A model generated the notes under the pieces. That model searched no databases and had not been told where the DNA came from. It saw only the letters and a program-made list of their open reading frames with translations. From positions 5,184 to 69,183 of the forward strand of contig JABDAR010000004.1 in assembly GCA_013289085.1 (NCBI GenBank): a DNA stretch of 64,000 bases, in the 5' to 3' direction. This stretch comes from Gammaproteobacteria bacterium (lineage in GTDB: Bacteria; Pseudomonadota; Gammaproteobacteria; JABCZS01). This document shows, piece after piece, positions 54,635 through 64,000 of this stretch. How positions within the stretch are numbered: position 1 is the stretch's first letter; each line of letters opens with the position of its first letter. The translations under genes were made by a program, and so were the position numbers.

Positions 54635-57274
54635 ATGACTGTCGATTTGCAAACAGAGGAATGGTTAGAAGCGCTGCAGGAAGTTATTGAACGTGAAGGC
54701 GCAGCGCGAGCACAGTTTTTGTTAACAAAATTACAAGAACAAGCTAGCCAACAAGGCATTACACTGGGTGAAGGTTTTAATACGCCTTACGTCAATACTA
54801 TTCCTGTGGCACAACAACCTACTTATCCAGGTGATAAAGCGCTCGAAACACGTTTACAAGCCATTATTCGCTGGAATGCAATTACTATGGTGTTGCGAGC
54901 GGGTTACACCGCACCAGAATTAGGTGGTCATATTGCTTCTTATGCTTCTGCGGCTTATTTATATGAAGTCGGATTTAATCATTTTTTTCACGCGCCCAAT
55001 GACTCTCATGGTGGAGATTTAATTTATTATCAAGGCCATAGCTCGCCTGGTATTTACGCACGCTCATTTGTTGAAGGTCGCTTAACAGAAGAACAACTCA
55101 ATCATTTTCGTCAGGAAGTGGAGACGGATGGTTTATCATCTTATCCACATCCTTGGTTAATGCCTCATTATTGGCAGTTTCCAACAGTATCTATGGGCTT
55201 AGGGCCCATACAAGCGATATATCAAGCGCGCTTTATGAAATATCTACAAGCAAGAGAGTTAGCTGATACACAAAATCGTAAAGTCTGGTGTTTTTGTGGT
55301 GATGGTGAAATGGATGAGCCTGAATCGTTAGGTGCATTGACCGTTGCTGGACGTGAAAATTTAGATAATTTAATTTTTGTGATTAATTGTAATTTACAAC
55401 GTTTAGATGGCCCGGTACGGGGAAATGGCAAAATTATTCAAGAATTAGAAGCTCTGTTTCGTGGTGCAGGTTGGCATGTGATTAAAGTGATATGGGGTAG
55501 TGGCTGGGATGCACTGTTAGCACAAGATACAACGGGTATTTTACGTAAACGTATGAATGAAGTGGTCGATGGTGACTACCAAAATTATAAAGCTAAAGGT
55601 GGCGCCTATACACGTGAACATTTTTTTGGAAAATCACCAGAACTGATGAATATGGTTGCTCATTTATCTGATGATGATATCTATAAATTAAATCGCGGCG
55701 GTCATGATAGTGAAAAAGTATATGCGGCATATGATGCTGCGGTTAATCACAAAAATCAGCCCGTGGTGATTCTTGCAAAAACGGTGAAAGGCTATGGCAT
55801 GGGCGTTTCAGGTGAAGCATTAAACTATAGCCATCAAGCCAAAAAAATGGATCTTGAATCCTTACAAGCATTCCGTACGCGTTTTAATTTACCCATTACT
55901 GATGAACAAATTAGCGAACATCAGTTTTATACCGTGGATGAAAATACGGAAGAGATGCGTTATTTACATGCCCGTCGTAAAGCTTTAGGTGGTTACTTGC
56001 CCGTGCGTTTGGTGCCGAAAATATCGTTTAAAATACCTGAACTTTCTGCCTTTGACGCGTTATTAAAAGAAACAGGCGATCGTCATATTTCAACGACGAT
56101 GGCTTTTGTACGTATTTTAAATATTTTATTAAAAGACGAATCGCTTGCGCAGTATGTCGTGCCAATTATTCCGGATGAGGCACGCACTTTTGGTATGGAA
56201 GGCTTGTTTCGCACCATCGGTATTTATTCGAGTAAAGGACAACTGTACGAACCTGTTGATGCAGGTCAAGTCATGTATTATCGCGAAGATAAAAAAGGCC
56301 AATTATTAGAAGAAGGTATTAATGAAGGCGGTGCATTTTGTTCTTGGATCGCTGCAGCTACATCTTACAGCGCGCATCAAAAACCTTTGATCCCATTTTA
56401 TATTTTTTATTCTATGTTTGGTTTTCAAAGAATTGGTGATTTAGCCTGGGCTGCGGGTGATTCGCAAGCGCGTGGGTTTTTATTAGGCGCAACGGCAGGA
56501 CGCACGACACTTGCCGGCGAAGGTTTACAACATCAAGATGGACATAGTCTGGTGCTTGCTGCAACCATTCCCAATTGCGTGAGTTATGATCCGGCATTTG
56601 CTTATGAATTAGCCGTGATTATGCAAGATGGACTGCGCCGCATGTACGTTAATGAAGAAAATATATTTTATTATTTAACGGTAATGAATGAAAATTATGC
56701 GCATCCTGCTATGCCAGAAAATGTAGAAGCAGGTATTATTAAAGGCATGTATCGCTTACACACTATGCCTGCAAGTGAATTACATGTTCAACTATTAGGC
56801 TCAGGTACTATATTACTCGAAGTCATGAAAGCCGCAGAGCTGCTAAAAAATGATTATCAGATTACCAGTGATGTCTGGAGTGTCACCAGCTTTAATGAAT
56901 TACAACGTGAGGGCAGTAGTATTGAACGTTATAATCGCATGCATCCAGAAGAAACACCGCAAGTACCTTATGTGACGCAGTGTTTAGCAGGACAAAAAGG
57001 TCCAGTGATTGCAGCGACAGATTATATTCGTGCTTATGCCGAACAAATTCGTGCGTTTGTGCCTAATAAATATGTGACTTTAGGCACGGATGGTTTTGGT
57101 CGTAGTGATACAAGGCAAAGATTACGTTACTTTTTTGAAGTGAACAGTGATTTTATAGTGGTTACTGCATTAAAAGCATTGGTTGATAGAGGACAATTAC
57201 AGGCAAGTGTTGTCACAAAAGCCATGCAAAAATTTAATATTAATCCAAACAAACCCGATCCAGTAAGGGAGTAG
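54635..57274 (+). CDS. aceE: Pyruvate dehydrogenase E1 component (homodimeric type)
   Basis: 879 aa. GGHIASYASAA, YYQGHSSPGIYAR, GDGEMDEPES, NCNLQRLDGPVRGN. Confidence 0.95.
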   Translation: MTVDLQTEEWLEALQEVIEREGAARAQFLLTKLQEQASQQGITLGEGFNTPYVNTIPVAQQPTYPGDKALETRLQAIIRWNAITMVLRAGYTAPELGGHIASYASAAYLYEVGFNHFFHAPNDSHGGDLIYYQGHSSPGIYARSFVEGRLTEEQLNHFRQEVETDGLSSYPHPWLMPHYWQFPTVSMGLGPIQAIYQARFMKYLQARELADTQNRKVWCFCGDGEMDEPESLGALTVAGRENLDNLIFVINCNLQRLDGPVRGNGKIIQELEALFRGAGWHVIKVIWGSGWDALLAQDTTGILRKRMNEVVDGDYQNYKAKGGAYTREHFFGKSPELMNMVAHLSDDDIYKLNRGGHDSEKVYAAYDAAVNHKNQPVVILAKTVKGYGMGVSGEALNYSHQAKKMDLESLQAFRTRFNLPITDEQISEHQFYTVDENTEEMRYLHARRKALGGYLPVRLVPKISFKIPELSAFDALLKETGDRHISTTMAFVRILNILLKDESLAQYVVPIIPDEARTFGMEGLFRTIGIYSSKGQLYEPVDAGQVMYYREDKKGQLLEEGINEGGAFCSWIAAATSYSAHQKPLIPFYIFYSMFGFQRIGDLAWAAGDSQARGFLLGATAGRTTLAGEGLQHQDGHSLVLAATIPNCVSYDPAFAYELAVIMQDGLRRMYVNEENIFYYLTVMNENYAHPAMPENVEAGIIKGMYRLHTMPASELHVQLLGSGTILLEVMKAAELLKNDYQITSDVWSVTSFNELQREGSSIERYNRMHPEETPQVPYVTQCLAGQKGPVIAATDYIRAYAEQIRAFVPNKYVTLGTDGFGRSDTRQRLRYFFEVNSDFIVVTALKALVDRGQLQASVVTKAMQKFNINPNKPDPVRE

Positions 57275-57278
57275 CATC

Positions 57279-58805
57279 GTGAGTATTGTAAATATAACTG
57301 TTCCTGATATCGGTAATGTGGATAATGTCACCGTTATAGAAGTGCAGGTCGCACCAGGTGATACTATTAAAAAAGAACAAAGTTTAGTGACCTTGGAAAG
57401 TGACAAGGCCTCTATGGAAATTCCATCACCTTCAGCGGGTGTAGTTAAAGAAGTAAAAGTGAAAGTAGGTGATAAAATTAAACAAAATGATTTAATTTTA
57501 ACGCTTGAACAAGCGGATCAAACTACCAGTCAAGCATTACCAAAAACCGAACCTGAAGCAACCCAGGTTTCATCCACTGCAAATGTGCAAGTAATCCGCA
57601 TCCCAGATATTGGTAATGTTGATAAAGTCGATGTTATTGAAGTGCCCATTAAAGTAGGGCAAAGTATTAAGAAAAATCAAACCTTAGCGGTATTAGAAAG
57701 CGATAAAGCGTCTATGGAAATTCCATCACCTATCGAAGGCATAGTGCATGACATCGCCATTAAAGTAGGGGATAAGGTTGCGCAGGATTCAGTGATTTGC
57801 AGTTTAACTTCGCAAGAACAAAAGCCTGAAGCAAAACCTGAGCAAAAAATTGAACCAAAACCTGAACCAAAACCTCAACCTATCGCAGAGCCAACATCTG
57901 AAGCAAAACCAGTATCTAATGATTCCATTTATGCCAGCCCAGGCGTACGTAGATTAGCACGCGAATTAAATATTGATTTAAAAACCATTGCACCCACAGG
58001 TGAAAAAGGGCGTATTACAAAAGATGATTTAAATAATTTTATTAAAAATCGTATGCAATCAACTGGAGCAAGTATGGGTGTAGAACCTATGCCAGTCGTT
58101 GATTTTTCCCAATTTGGCCCCATAGAATTTCAAGAATTATCACGTATTAAAAAATTAAGTGCAAAATTCTTGCATCGTAATTGGGTTAGCATTCCTCATG
58201 TGACACAGTTTGATGAAGTCGATATTACTGATTTAGAAGAATTTCGTCAGCAAAATAAATCGAAATTTGAAGAGCGTGGCGTGAAATTAACACCCTTGGT
58301 ATTTTTGATGAAAGCCTCAGTTGCAGCATTAAAAGCATTCCCCACATTTAATTCATCGCTACAAGGCGATCAATTAGTGATAAAACATTATTATCACATA
58401 GGTGTTGCGGTGGATACACCTAATGGTTTAGTTGTACCAGTTGTACGCGATGTTAATTTAAAAGGCTTTATGGAACTTGCAGAAGAATTAAAAACCCTAA
58501 GTACCAAAGCGCGCGCAGGACAACTCACTGCAAAAGAAATGCAAGGCAGTACTTTTACGATTTCAAGTTTAGGCGGTATTGGTGGCAGTGCATTTACACC
58601 CATTATTAATGCACCCGATGTTGCTATTTTAGGCGCATCAAAAACACATATGGCGCCAGTATACCAAAACGGTACCTTTGTACCACGTTTAATGTTGCCC
58701 TTATCATTATCATATGATCATAGAGTGATTGATGGTGCACAAGGCGCACATTTTATTACTTATTTAGGCGAAATGTTAGGCGATATGCGCCAAATGTTAT
58801 TATAA
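57279..58805 (+). CDS. aceF: Dihydrolipoamide acetyltransferase E2 (two lipoyl domains)
   Basis: GTG start after aggga. Two copies of ESDKASMEIPSP. Subunit-binding IYASPGVRRLARELNIDL. Catalytic SLSYDHRVIDGA. Confidence 0.93.
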   Translation: MSIVNITVPDIGNVDNVTVIEVQVAPGDTIKKEQSLVTLESDKASMEIPSPSAGVVKEVKVKVGDKIKQNDLILTLEQADQTTSQALPKTEPEATQVSSTANVQVIRIPDIGNVDKVDVIEVPIKVGQSIKKNQTLAVLESDKASMEIPSPIEGIVHDIAIKVGDKVAQDSVICSLTSQEQKPEAKPEQKIEPKPEPKPQPIAEPTSEAKPVSNDSIYASPGVRRLARELNIDLKTIAPTGEKGRITKDDLNNFIKNRMQSTGASMGVEPMPVVDFSQFGPIEFQELSRIKKLSAKFLHRNWVSIPHVTQFDEVDITDLEEFRQQNKSKFEERGVKLTPLVFLMKASVAALKAFPTFNSSLQGDQLVIKHYYHIGVAVDTPNGLVVPVVRDVNLKGFMELAEELKTLSTKARAGQLTAKEMQGSTFTISSLGGIGGSAFTPIINAPDVAILGASKTHMAPVYQNGTFVPRLMLPLSLSYDHRVIDGAQGAHFITYLGEMLGDMRQMLL

Positions 58806-58825
58806 AATTATAGAGGAATATTCTT

Positions 58826-60238
58826 ATGTCAGACATACAAACACAAGTCATCGTTTTAGGCAGTGGTCCTGGCGGTTATACCGCAGCTTTTCGTGCCGCA
58901 GATTTAGGCAAAAAAGTTGTTTTAGTTGAACGTTATAATACTTTAGGTGGCGTTTGTTTAAACGTCGGCTGTATTCCATCAAAATCTTTACTACATATTG
59001 CAAAAGTAATCGACGAAGTCGACGAATTGAGCACACATGGCGTGAATTATGGCTCACGCAGTTTGGATGCTGCAAAAATATTAGAATGGAAACAAGGCGT
59101 AGTGAATCGTTTAACTGCAGGTTTAAAATCCTTAGCTAAACAACGCAATGTTACTGTAGTGCAAGGCGATGGCGTATTTTCAGGCCCCAATGAAGTCACT
59201 GTCACGACTGAAGGCAAAACCCAAACCATCAGTTTTGAAAATGCAATTATTGCAGTAGGCTCACAACCTGTTAAATTACCTAATTTACCTGATGATCCAC
59301 GCATTATGGATTCAACCGGCGCGCTAGAATTAAAAGATATCCCCGGAAAATTATTAGTCATCGGCGGCGGAATTATCGGCATGGAAATGGCGACCGTTTA
59401 TCATGCCTTAGGTTCAAAAATTACTGTAGTTGAATTAGGCGAAAGCTTAATCGGCGGCTTTGATAAAGACATTATTAAACCATTTTATCAACACGTTAAA
59501 AAACGTTACGAAAATATTTTCTTAAAAACAAAAGTAGTTAAAGTCGAAGCAAAAGAAGATGGCATTTATGTGACCTTCGAAGGTGAAGGCGCGCCGACTG
59601 AGCCACAAAAATTTGATCGTATATTAGCTGCCGTAGGACGCACACCCAACGGTAAAAAAATTGCTGCAGATAAAGCTAGCGTAAATGTAGATGAACGCGG
59701 ATTTATCAAAGCAGATAAACAATTACGTACCAATGTAAATCATATATTCGCAATTGGCGACGTGATTGGCCAACCCATGTTGGCACATAAAGCTGTAGCA
59801 GAAGGTCGCATTGCTGCAGAAGTGATTGCCGGTAAAAATCATTTCTTCGATGCAAAATGCATCCCAAGCGTATGTTATACCGATCCAGAAATTGCTTGGG
59901 TAGGTTTAACAGAAGAAGAAGCCAAAGCTCAAAACATTAATTATGGCAAAGGCGTATTCCCATGGGCTGCAAGCGGCAGATCATTAAGCATGGGAAGGTC
60001 TGAAGGTTTAACCAAATTAATATTCGACAATGACACCCACAGAATATTAGGCGCAGCGCTTGTGGGCCCACACGCCGGAGATTTAATTGCTGAAGTAGGA
60101 CTTGCAATTGAAATGGGATGTGACGCTGAAGATATTGCATTAACCATTCATGCACATCCAACATTATCTGAAACCGTAGCCCTTGCCACAGAAATTTTCG
60201 AAGGTACGATTACAGATTTGTACATGCCGAAGAAATAG
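58826..60238 (+). CDS. lpdA: Dihydrolipoyl dehydrogenase E3
   Basis: VLGSGPGGY, redox disulfide GGVCLNVGCIPSK, GGGIIGMEMA, HAHPTLSE. Confidence 0.95.
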   Translation: MSDIQTQVIVLGSGPGGYTAAFRAADLGKKVVLVERYNTLGGVCLNVGCIPSKSLLHIAKVIDEVDELSTHGVNYGSRSLDAAKILEWKQGVVNRLTAGLKSLAKQRNVTVVQGDGVFSGPNEVTVTTEGKTQTISFENAIIAVGSQPVKLPNLPDDPRIMDSTGALELKDIPGKLLVIGGGIIGMEMATVYHALGSKITVVELGESLIGGFDKDIIKPFYQHVKKRYENIFLKTKVVKVEAKEDGIYVTFEGEGAPTEPQKFDRILAAVGRTPNGKKIAADKASVNVDERGFIKADKQLRTNVNHIFAIGDVIGQPMLAHKAVAEGRIAAEVIAGKNHFFDAKCIPSVCYTDPEIAWVGLTEEEAKAQNINYGKGVFPWAASGRSLSMGRSEGLTKLIFDNDTHRILGAALVGPHAGDLIAEVGLAIEMGCDAEDIALTIHAHPTLSETVALATEIFEGTITDLYMPKK

Positions 60239-60274
60239 CTATCCTTCATGGAGTAGTTCTCCTTGATTCATCCT

Positions 60275-60444
60275 AAATCCCCCCGGCGAAGACGCCGACC
60301 CCCTTTCATAAAGGGGGTGAACTTCTCTCGTATTTATCGATAAAGTTTCATCACTTTATACAAGAGGGTGAACTTCCCACATATTTATCGATAAAATTTT
60401 ACCCCCTTTATGAAAGGGGGTCGGCGTCTTCGCCGGGGGGATTT
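60275..60444. repeat. Family A composite palindromic element (MITE-like, about 170 bp) with perfect 43-nt terminal inverted repeats
   Basis: aaatccccccggcgaagacgccgaccccctttcataaaggggg (left arm starting 60275) is the exact reverse complement of ccccctttatgaaagggggtcggcgtcttcgccggggggattt (right arm ending 60444). The centre carries a direct repeat, gggtgaacttctctcgtatttatcgataaa and gggtgaacttcccacatatttatcgataaa. Confidence 0.9.
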
Positions 60445-60490
60445 TAGCGATGGAAGAACTGCCCGGGTTATTGAGGTGTTACTTACTTAT

Positions 60491-61426
60491 TTATTTCTGT
60501 GCAAATCTCTGCAAATGCTGCACAGCCATAGCATTGCCTACTAATGCGGCTAAAAAATCTTTTTCTAGACTGGTCTTGCCCACTAAATGTTGCAAGGTAT
60601 CTATTGTTGATGTCGGTTCATCAAGTAGGGCATGCGCACCTGGTAGGATTTGTTCATCAGGACGTTGAAACTGTTGATTGGTAAATAATGTTTCGATAAA
60701 ATGTTTTTGTAATGTTTTAATAATATTACGCCATTCTGGTAAATGATGTTTATATGCATGGATGGTATCGTAAACGATTAATGTTTCTTTTGTATTCAAG
60801 GTTTTTAATAATTCGGGTAATGAAACGGTCGCGAGCTTTTCTACTAGCATTTTAGCTTCATTGTAATCATTATGCGCTAAAATCGCTTCGGCATTTTGAT
60901 AAAGTTTTACATCATCCATATGATCATATTCATGCACATAATAAAGTGCATATAAGGCATTTAGTAATTGATGTTTAACATGCGCTGGATGGGTTAATTT
61001 TTTCATCAAATGCATATGATTTTTTGCAGCGTTCATAAAATAATGATTGCGTTGCTGAAAAGCTTTGGCGTAAAGGGGGTTATAGGGTATTTCCGCATAC
61101 ACTTCATTCGCTTGATGATATTTGCCTTGTTCAATTAATCTGCGCGCACGTAACATATGCACTTCATCGACAAAATCTAGCTCATGATCAGGATGCGCAA
61201 AAAAACGTTCAATACGTTTCATCAGTGGGAGGACCATGGATGGATAATCAGCCGCATGTTCATCCACACTGGCACAGATCATGAGGGCATGTTCTTTGAG
61301 TAAATTACCACCATGAACGCTACTATGTGCATAGTATTCTTGATGACGTGCTTCTGCCCGCAATTTGGGATTAGCCTCTAGCGCATCTAATTGCTGGTTA
61401 ATCTCTTCGATAGTATTGATATTCAT
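60491..61426 (-). CDS. Hypothetical His-rich helical protein (orphan)
   Basis: 311-aa ORF with no signal peptide and many His (HPDHELDF, HMHLMKKLTHPAHVKH, HEYDHMDD). No recognisable family. Confidence 0.45.
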   Translation of the reverse strand: MNINTIEEINQQLDALEANPKLRAEARHQEYYAHSSVHGGNLLKEHALMICASVDEHAADYPSMVLPLMKRIERFFAHPDHELDFVDEVHMLRARRLIEQGKYHQANEVYAEIPYNPLYAKAFQQRNHYFMNAAKNHMHLMKKLTHPAHVKHQLLNALYALYYVHEYDHMDDVKLYQNAEAILAHNDYNEAKMLVEKLATVSLPELLKTLNTKETLIVYDTIHAYKHHLPEWRNIIKTLQKHFIETLFTNQQFQRPDEQILPGAHALLDEPTSTIDTLQHLVGKTSLEKDFLAALVGNAMAVQHLQRFAQK

Positions 61427-61518
61427 GGGTTTTGTCCGGCTATATTTTTATTATTCTCTATTTTAAGTCTAGTAGATATCGGTAGCACAAGACAGTTTAT
61501 ATAGGGTAAATCAGTACA

Positions 61519-61548
61519 TTGACCTATCTCTTAACCTTATGTTAAAAT
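61519..61548 (+). promoter_or_regulatory. Candidate sigma70 promoter for hisGDC
   Basis: ttgacc (61519-61524), an 18-nt spacer, then taaaat (61543-61548), about 25 nt upstream of the hisG ATG. RBS aagaagagg. Confidence 0.3.
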
Positions 61549-61573
61549 TAGATTTTTTCAAAGAAGAGGCCTT

Positions 61574-62467
61574 ATGAGTAACCGTATTCGCCTAGCCTTG
61601 CAAAAGTCAGGGCGCCTCAGTGAAGATTCCTTTGATTTACTGGCCCGTAGTGGCATTAAAATTCGACGCCACCGTGACCAATTGTTTTGCCACAGTGAGA
61701 ATTTTCCTATTGATGTCTTATTGGTGCGTGATGATGATATTCCTGCCTTAATCATGGAACAAGTCTGCGATTTTGGGATTGTAGGCCTTAATGTTCTGCA
61801 GGAGGCATCGCTTGCGCAAAATGCGCAAGATTTTACTGATCGCGTGGATATGATCCATAAACTTAATTTTGGCTTTTGTCGTTTATCGGTAGCTGTGCCG
61901 AGAGACTTTGAATATAAAAGCGTAAATGATTTAGCACATAAAAGCATTGCGACTACATATCCACATTTATTACAAAATTTTTTAGATAAAGAAAATATTC
62001 AAGCAAAAAGTATAGGCTTAACAGGCTCTATTGAAATTGCGCCTCGCCTTGGCATTGCGGATGCGATTTGTGATTTAGTGTCCACGGGTGGCACACTTGA
62101 AGCCAATCATTTAAAAGAAGTTCAAACCATCCTGCACAGTCAAGCCTTATTGATTAAAGCTAAACCTGCTTTAGATCGTGACAAACAAAAAACGGCTGAT
62201 TTATTTATCCGTCGTATTCAAGGCGTATTATTAGCCAGTGAAAGTAAATATATTATGCTGCATGCGCCTAAAGATAAATTAAAACAAATTGTTGCAATTT
62301 TACCGGGCGTTGAACATCCTACACTGATGACACTTGAAGGCGACCCAGATAAAATTGGGGTTCATGCTGTTTGTGGAGAAAGTGTATTTTGGGAAACTTT
62401 AGAAGCATTAAAAGAAGCAGGCGCTAGCTCAATTCTGGTGATGCCTGTTGAAAAAATGATGATGTAA
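61574..62467 (+). CDS. hisG: ATP phosphoribosyltransferase (long form with regulatory domain)
   Basis: RLALQKSGRLSEDSFDLL, DIPALIMEQVCDFGIVG, DLVSTGGTLEANHL, and a C-terminal HisG_C-like tail. Confidence 0.93.
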   Translation: MSNRIRLALQKSGRLSEDSFDLLARSGIKIRRHRDQLFCHSENFPIDVLLVRDDDIPALIMEQVCDFGIVGLNVLQEASLAQNAQDFTDRVDMIHKLNFGFCRLSVAVPRDFEYKSVNDLAHKSIATTYPHLLQNFLDKENIQAKSIGLTGSIEIAPRLGIADAICDLVSTGGTLEANHLKEVQTILHSQALLIKAKPALDRDKQKTADLFIRRIQGVLLASESKYIMLHAPKDKLKQIVAILPGVEHPTLMTLEGDPDKIGVHAVCGESVFWETLEALKEAGASSILVMPVEKMMM

Positions 62468-62468
62468 T

Positions 62469-63734
62469 ATGAAAATATATACGCAAGCACAAATAAAAAA
62501 CGGCTTAACTCGCCCAAGCGTACGTGACAATCAAGAAATTAATCAGCAAGTAAAAAATATTATTCAGCAAGTGCAGCAATCAGGCGACGTTGCTTTACGT
62601 GAATTGACGTTAAAATTAGACGGCGTACAACTTTCCGTCATTGCGAGCACAGCTGCGCAACCCAGGCTAGAACCAAAAGCACAACAAGCCATTGATATTG
62701 CATATCACAACATCCATGCTTTTCATAAAGCACAAATTTTACCTAAAATTAAAGTAGAAACAACCCCCGGCGTTATTTGCGAAAAAATAACACGACCTAT
62801 TCAATCAATAGGATTATATATTCCCGGCGGTACCGCACCACTTATTTCAACCACATTAATGCTAGGCGTGCCGGCACAAATCGCAGGCAATCCCAACAAA
62901 ATATTATGTACACCGCCCAATAAATCAGGTCAAATAGATCCGCACATTCTATATGCCGCACAATTATGTGGCATCGATACTATTTACACACTAGGTGGCG
63001 CGCAAGCAATTGCCGCCATGGCATATGGTACGCAAACGATTGCCAAAGTAGATAAAATTTTTGGCCCTGGCAATGCCTATGTGACTGCAGCCAAACAATA
63101 TGTGGCGCAAGATCCTAATGGCGCTGCCATTGATTTACCTGCAGGTCCTTCAGAAGTATTAGTGATTGCAGATGATGCTGCCAATCCAACTTATGTCGCG
63201 GCAGACTTATTGTCACAAGCAGAACATGGTATAGATTCACAAGTCATTTTAATTTGTTTATCAAATACATTTGCCGAAAAATTACAAAAAGAATTAGAAA
63301 GATTATTAATGCAATTACCGAGATCTGAAATTGCTAAACAATCATTATCTCATAGCGCCATTATTATTGCTGATGATTTAAATCAAGCGGTTGAAATAAG
63401 CAATCAATATGCACCTGAACATTTAATTATCCAAACGCATCATGCCCGGGATTTATTATCACTAGTGACTCGTGCAGGTTCTGTTTTCTTAGGCGCTTAT
63501 GCACCCGAATCAGTAGGGGATTATGCCAGCGGCACCAATCATGTGCTACCTACTTATGGTTATGCACGCAGTTACAGCGGTCTTAATTTAAATGATTTTA
63601 TGTTGCACATGAGTGTGCAAGAGTTAACAAAACAAGGCTTACAAACCATTGGACCTCATGTTGAAGTATTAGCAGGACTCGAAGGTTTAGACGCACATGC
63701 CTTGGCAGTAAAAGTCCGTTTACAGGATAAATAA
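62469..63734 (+). CDS. hisD: Histidinol dehydrogenase
   Basis: GLYIPGGTAPLISTTLM, GGAQAIAAMAYGT, IFGPGNAYVTAAK, LPAGPSEVLVIAD, LLSQAEHG, APEHL, GDYASGTNHVLPT. Confidence 0.95.
   Translation: MKIYTQAQIKNGLTRPSVRDNQEINQQVKNIIQQVQQSGDVALRELTLKLDGVQLSVIASTAAQPRLEPKAQQAIDIAYHNIHAFHKAQILPKIKVETTPGVICEKITRPIQSIGLYIPGGTAPLISTTLMLGVPAQIAGNPNKILCTPPNKSGQIDPHILYAAQLCGIDTIYTLGGAQAIAAMAYGTQTIAKVDKIFGPGNAYVTAAKQYVAQDPNGAAIDLPAGPSEVLVIADDAANPTYVAADLLSQAEHGIDSQVILICLSNTFAEKLQKELERLLMQLPRSEIAKQSLSHSAIIIADDLNQAVEISNQYAPEHLIIQTHHARDLLSLVTRAGSVFLGAYAPESVGDYASGTNHVLPTYGYARSYSGLNLNDFMLHMSVQELTKQGLQTIGPHVEVLAGLEGLDAHALAVKVRLQDK
62637..62668. repeat. Family C mini-repeat, probable copy 3, in frame inside hisD
   Basis: gtcattgcgagc-acagctgc-gcaacccagg shares both arms (12 nt and 10 nt) at identical 8-nt spacing with the addA/addB copies, 26 of 33 nt overall. 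It is read in a different frame (SVIASTAAQPRL). Confidence 0.55.
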
Positions 63735-63735
63735 T

Positions 63736-64000
63736 ATGATCGAAGATTTATTGAATTTAGTCAGACCTGAAATTAAAACTTTAAAAGCGTATAGTTCTGC
63801 ACGCCGTGAACATGCAGGACAAGGCATATATTTAAATGCCAATGAAAATCCCTATCCTAAAACTTCACAAGCTTCAGTCAATCGTTATCCGCAACCACAA
63901 CCTGAAGCGTTACGCCAACGTTTGGCAAATTTATATGATATCAACCCATCGCACATATTAATGACCAGAGGCAGTGACGAAGGCATTGATTTATGGCTAC
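63736..64000 (+). CDS. hisC: Histidinol-phosphate aminotransferase, N-terminal part (3' end outside the window)
   Basis: My translation is MIEDLLNLVRPEIKTLKAYSSARREHAGQGIYLNANENPYP...NRYPQPQPEALRQRLANLY...MTRGSDEGIDLWL, which carries the LNANENP, NRYP.PQP and RGSDEGI HisC hallmarks. It is not in the supplied ORF track because it runs off the window. Confidence 0.85.
   Translation, partial: MIEDLLNLVRPEIKTLKAYSSARREHAGQGIYLNANENPYPKTSQASVNRYPQPQPEALRQRLANLYDINPSHILMTRGSDEGIDLWL

Noticed and set aside
61427-61573. Looked for a his-operon leader peptide/attenuator (a run of His codons plus alternative hairpins) upstream of hisG
   Set aside because: This 147-nt region contains no short ORF with consecutive CAT/CAC codons and no terminator-like hairpin. 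Only a plausible promoter and RBS are present.
61558-61947. 129-aa minus-strand ORF overlapping the hisG start
   Set aside because: It is antisense to a strongly supported hisG, with Arg/Ser/Leu-rich composition typical of a shadow frame.
1-64000. Searched for transposase, integrase, phage, toxin-antitoxin, restriction-modification or known defence-system genes that would mark a genomic island
   Set aside because: None of the long ORFs shows the corresponding motifs. AddAB here is in a housekeeping repair context. The accessory blocks appear to be effector-like or envelope genes without mobility genes.

Overview
The window looks like 64 kb of chromosome from an AT-rich gammaproteobacterium. 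The gene content points to Legionellales or Coxiellaceae: AddAB instead of RecBCD, a eukaryotic-like Ser/Thr kinase, a Sel1-repeat protein, and large orphan effector-like ORFs. About two thirds is conserved housekeeping synteny: rnhA-dnaQ-addB-addA, rpsT, rlmD-relA-adk, rplM-rpsI-petABC-sspAB-maeA, rpsP-rimM-trmD-rplS, ampDE, aceEF-lpdA and hisGDC. A Fur-box-controlled TonB-dependent receptor / tonB-exbBD locus is also present. Accessory blocks lie at 573-5658, 23981-30286, 39264-47223 and 60491-61426. I found no rRNA, tRNA, CRISPR array, transposase or integrase.

The best candidate for something undescribed is the module at 573-5658. It holds three divergent paralogous secreted proteins that are very acidic and Cys-containing, arranged around a small outer-membrane beta-barrel gene. 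The C-terminal halves of the paralogs follow the motif order I recall for the DUF3494 / ice-binding-like beta-helix family.

The second notable signal is three families of short palindromic repeats. One family sits in frame inside addB, addA and probably hisD, resembling Rickettsia palindromic elements.

All functional calls come from motifs read by eye in the supplied translations. No database search was possible.
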